A DNA stretch of 64,000 nucleotides. Source: an uncultured Leptospiraceae bacterium. Its GTDB lineage: Bacteria > Spirochaetota > UBA4802 > UB4802. The stretch is from assembly GCA_964345775.1 (NCBI GenBank), contig CAYFSO010000004.1, positions 9,141 through 73,140 on the forward strand. The letters are read 5' to 3'. Below the pieces are notes generated by a model. It had not been told where the DNA came from. It saw only the letters and a list, made by a program, of their open reading frames with translations, and made no database searches. Below are positions 62,167-64,000 of the stretch, in pieces (position 1 is the first letter of the stretch; every line of letters starts with the position of its first letter). A program made the position numbers and the translations under genes.

Positions 62167-62886
62167 TTACAAGTGAAGGTTCTCGTGAAGCCGTGCATAT
62201 GATATCCCTTCAAGCTGTACCGGCAAACCGGGTTTCTCCCCTTTTACTGCAAAGCCGAAACAATACTGTTCATTCATAACCCTGCTTTGAAAGTGCATAC
62301 CGTCTTTTGTCTCGAGAACCCTGTCATTTGCCACAAGGTTCTCTTTTAACAGTTCAATGACACCTTCCCTTCTCAGTTTTGCTATTGATTCTTTCAGTGT
62401 CCACAGGGTAAAGAAACGGGTTGCCGATGTATCATCGCTTCCCTGCTGGAAGTATTCCATTTCATCTTCGGAAAAAAAACGCCTGGCTATGGCATCCAGG
62501 TGACGCCGCGTATCAAGCATGTCCTCTACGTCCACCCCCACTTCCCCGTACCGGTAAAAGGCAGCAGCCACCAGGCCGTGGGTATGGGCAATGCTGAATG
62601 AAGGCATTTCCTTTTCATCATGCCCCTTCAACTGCATCCGGGGCTTCCCCGACGGTTCCGATGAAAGCATCACGTCACGCAGGCCAGCACCCGCGACACG
62701 GGCCGCAACCGACTTCACCAGGAGCCGGGATACCAGCAACTCCGCCTTCTTTTCCGGGCGGGTATACCGCTGGTACCGTTCACGGTCTCCCGCATCCAGC
62801 AGGGGCAGCAGTTCACCCGCATCATCAAGCACCGGCGTTTCATGGTACTCGGTGAAGAAGCAGAATATTCTTTTGCTGTCATCCAT
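62167..62886 (-). CDS. Sfp-type 4'-phosphopantetheinyl transferase
   Basis: 239 aa. FSIAHTHGLVAAAF, VGVDVE and FTLWTLKESIAKL (W/FxxKE[S/A]xxK) motifs. Confidence 0.8.
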   Translation of the reverse strand: MDDSKRIFCFFTEYHETPVLDDAGELLPLLDAGDRERYQRYTRPEKKAELLVSRLLVKSVAARVAGAGLRDVMLSSEPSGKPRMQLKGHDEKEMPSFSIAHTHGLVAAAFYRYGEVGVDVEDMLDTRRHLDAIARRFFSEDEMEYFQQGSDDTSATRFFTLWTLKESIAKLRREGVIELLKENLVANDRVLETKDGMHFQSRVMNEQYCFGFAVKGEKPGLPVQLEGISYARLHENLHL

Positions 62887-62912
62887 CTCGCCGGGTCTCT
62901 ATGTTGAATTTT

Positions 62913-63953
62913 TTATTCAGAGAATTCCCGTCTCAGGGTCTCCCCTATTTTATCGGTAGCATCTTGCGCCTGGGGCAGCAGCTTATCCGCTGACACGAAG
63001 CCGTGCACCACGCCATCGTACCGGATATACCGGGCCTTCACCCCGTCCTCCTTCAGCTTCTGCACGTAGGCTTCCCCTTCATCCCGCAGCACGTCGAAAC
63101 CGGCGATGATCACCAGTGCCGGGGGCAGGTTGGCATGACTTTTCGCAAGCAGTGGCGACGCGTATGGCTCACTGCGGTCACGCTTGTCCGGCAGGTACAG
63201 GTTGATAAACCGTTTTACGCCGGCCTTGTCAAGCATGTACCCCTTCCCGAAAAAGTCATACGACGGGGTATCAAGACTTGCCGTGTTCACCCCGGGATAG
63301 ATGAGCACCTGGTAATCGATGTCCGGTCCTTTCCTGTCCCGTGCCATAAGGCTCACCACCGCAGCCAGGCTCCCTCCCGCACTGTCGCCGGCCACCGCAA
63401 TCCTTTTCGGATCACCGTTAAACGACGCGGCATTTTGGGCCACCCATTGCAGGGCTGCGTACGCATCATTTGCCGCCGCAGGATAGGTGTGTTCCGGTGC
63501 CAGCCGGTATTCAACCGACACCACCATGGCATTGCTTTTCTTCGCGATAACGCGGCACAGGCTGTCATGGGTATCCACGCTTCCCTGCACCCAGCCGCCA
63601 CCGTGATAGAACACCACCAACGGGAATGGCCCTTCACCCTTTGGCGTGTATACCCGCACCGGCACGGTAAGTCCGCCGGCCTCAGCCTTCATGTCCTTCA
63701 CCGACGCCATCTCCACCGGTGTGCCGCTTACCGAGGCCGACTTCTCCGCAAGCCGCTTACGTGACTCGTCTACCGGGATCTCAAGCTGCTCACGGCCCTT
63801 CTCCGCCGCACCGGTAAGCTTCAGGTACACCGCCACCCGTGGATCAAGCGTCCCGTGCGGTGTCTGCGTCCAGCTGCGCACCAGCAGTATGACGCCCGTA
63901 ACCAATACCAGGATAATTCCAACAATAATACCTGTTATCTTCTTCCAGTTCAT
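62913..63953 (-). CDS. Alpha/beta-hydrolase fold-3 esterase/lipase (HSL family) with N-terminal membrane anchor
   Basis: VVFYHGGGWVQGS (HGGG oxyanion motif), GDSAGGSLAA (GDSAG nucleophile), DVLRDEG, VHGF. ATG 63953 has a GGAGGTG SD. The track start at 63983 is unlikely. Confidence 0.85.
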   Translation of the reverse strand: MNWKKITGIIVGIILVLVTGVILLVRSWTQTPHGTLDPRVAVYLKLTGAAEKGREQLEIPVDESRKRLAEKSASVSGTPVEMASVKDMKAEAGGLTVPVRVYTPKGEGPFPLVVFYHGGGWVQGSVDTHDSLCRVIAKKSNAMVVSVEYRLAPEHTYPAAANDAYAALQWVAQNAASFNGDPKRIAVAGDSAGGSLAAVVSLMARDRKGPDIDYQVLIYPGVNTASLDTPSYDFFGKGYMLDKAGVKRFINLYLPDKRDRSEPYASPLLAKSHANLPPALVIIAGFDVLRDEGEAYVQKLKEDGVKARYIRYDGVVHGFVSADKLLPQAQDATDKIGETLRREFSE

Positions 63954-64000
63954 ATCACCTCCAGGGATGAGCCAGGTTATCATGGGCGTTTAATATAATC

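Noticed and set aside
62047-62912. tRNA-Val as a possible genomic-island integration site.
   Set aside because: No integrase or recombinase is present. I found no direct repeat of the tRNA 3' end downstream. The flanking genes (TPR protein, PPTase, esterase) look ordinary in composition and context.
1-64000. I scanned for CRISPR arrays, rRNA, IS elements or transposases, prophage genes, toxin-antitoxin pairs and known defence modules (RM, Abi, CBASS, retron, etc.).
   Set aside because: I saw no spaced direct-repeat arrays, no transposase, integrase or reverse-transcriptase motifs, and no nuclease/ATPase pairs of unknown function. The only tandem DNA repeats are the hisF-leader heptamers and the lysine-tail coding repeat.

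Overview
This 64-kb segment reads as core chromosome of a spirochaete-type bacterium. Supporting signs are a FlaB-class flagellin starting MIINHNISA, many lipobox lipoproteins, and dense PP2C/STAS/PilZ/GGDEF/His-kinase signalling.

About 50 tightly packed protein genes and one tRNA-Val(CAC) are present. Most are housekeeping: nrdJ (partial, left edge), carA, sppA, tmk, pgi, tsaC/sua5, gatC, thpR, PBP1A, flaB, class I cyaA, holA, lptE-like, pncA, hisF, ftsK, uppP, rnj, dut and an MscS channel.

I found no rRNA, CRISPR array, transposase, integrase, prophage, or recognisable defence or toxin-antitoxin module. This does not look like a classical accessory island.

The best candidates for something undescribed are unusual domain architectures and gene couplings:
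- a 1624-aa fusion of an unknown N-terminal region, a GH13 amylase-like domain and a GT5 glycogen-synthase domain (39379-44253)
- a 7-gene operon in which pgi and tmk are translationally coupled to a dead/active PP2C phosphatase pair, an extended SppA, and two paralogous envelope proteins (2407-13734)
- an output-less Cache-like membrane sensor coupled to a STAS domain fused to a zinc ribbon (32564-34107)
- a P-loop-less KaiC/RecA-like domain fused to an XRE HTH and a cupin (58723-59994)
- a PilZ protein translationally coupled to an orphan AmmeMemoRadiSam radical-SAM enzyme (47788-49196)
- an alpha/beta hydrolase with a histone-H1-like lysine-rich tail (26333-27421)

All functional calls rest on motif recognition by eye. 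No database search was run. Promoter, terminator and sRNA calls are pattern-based and may be off by 1-2 nt.
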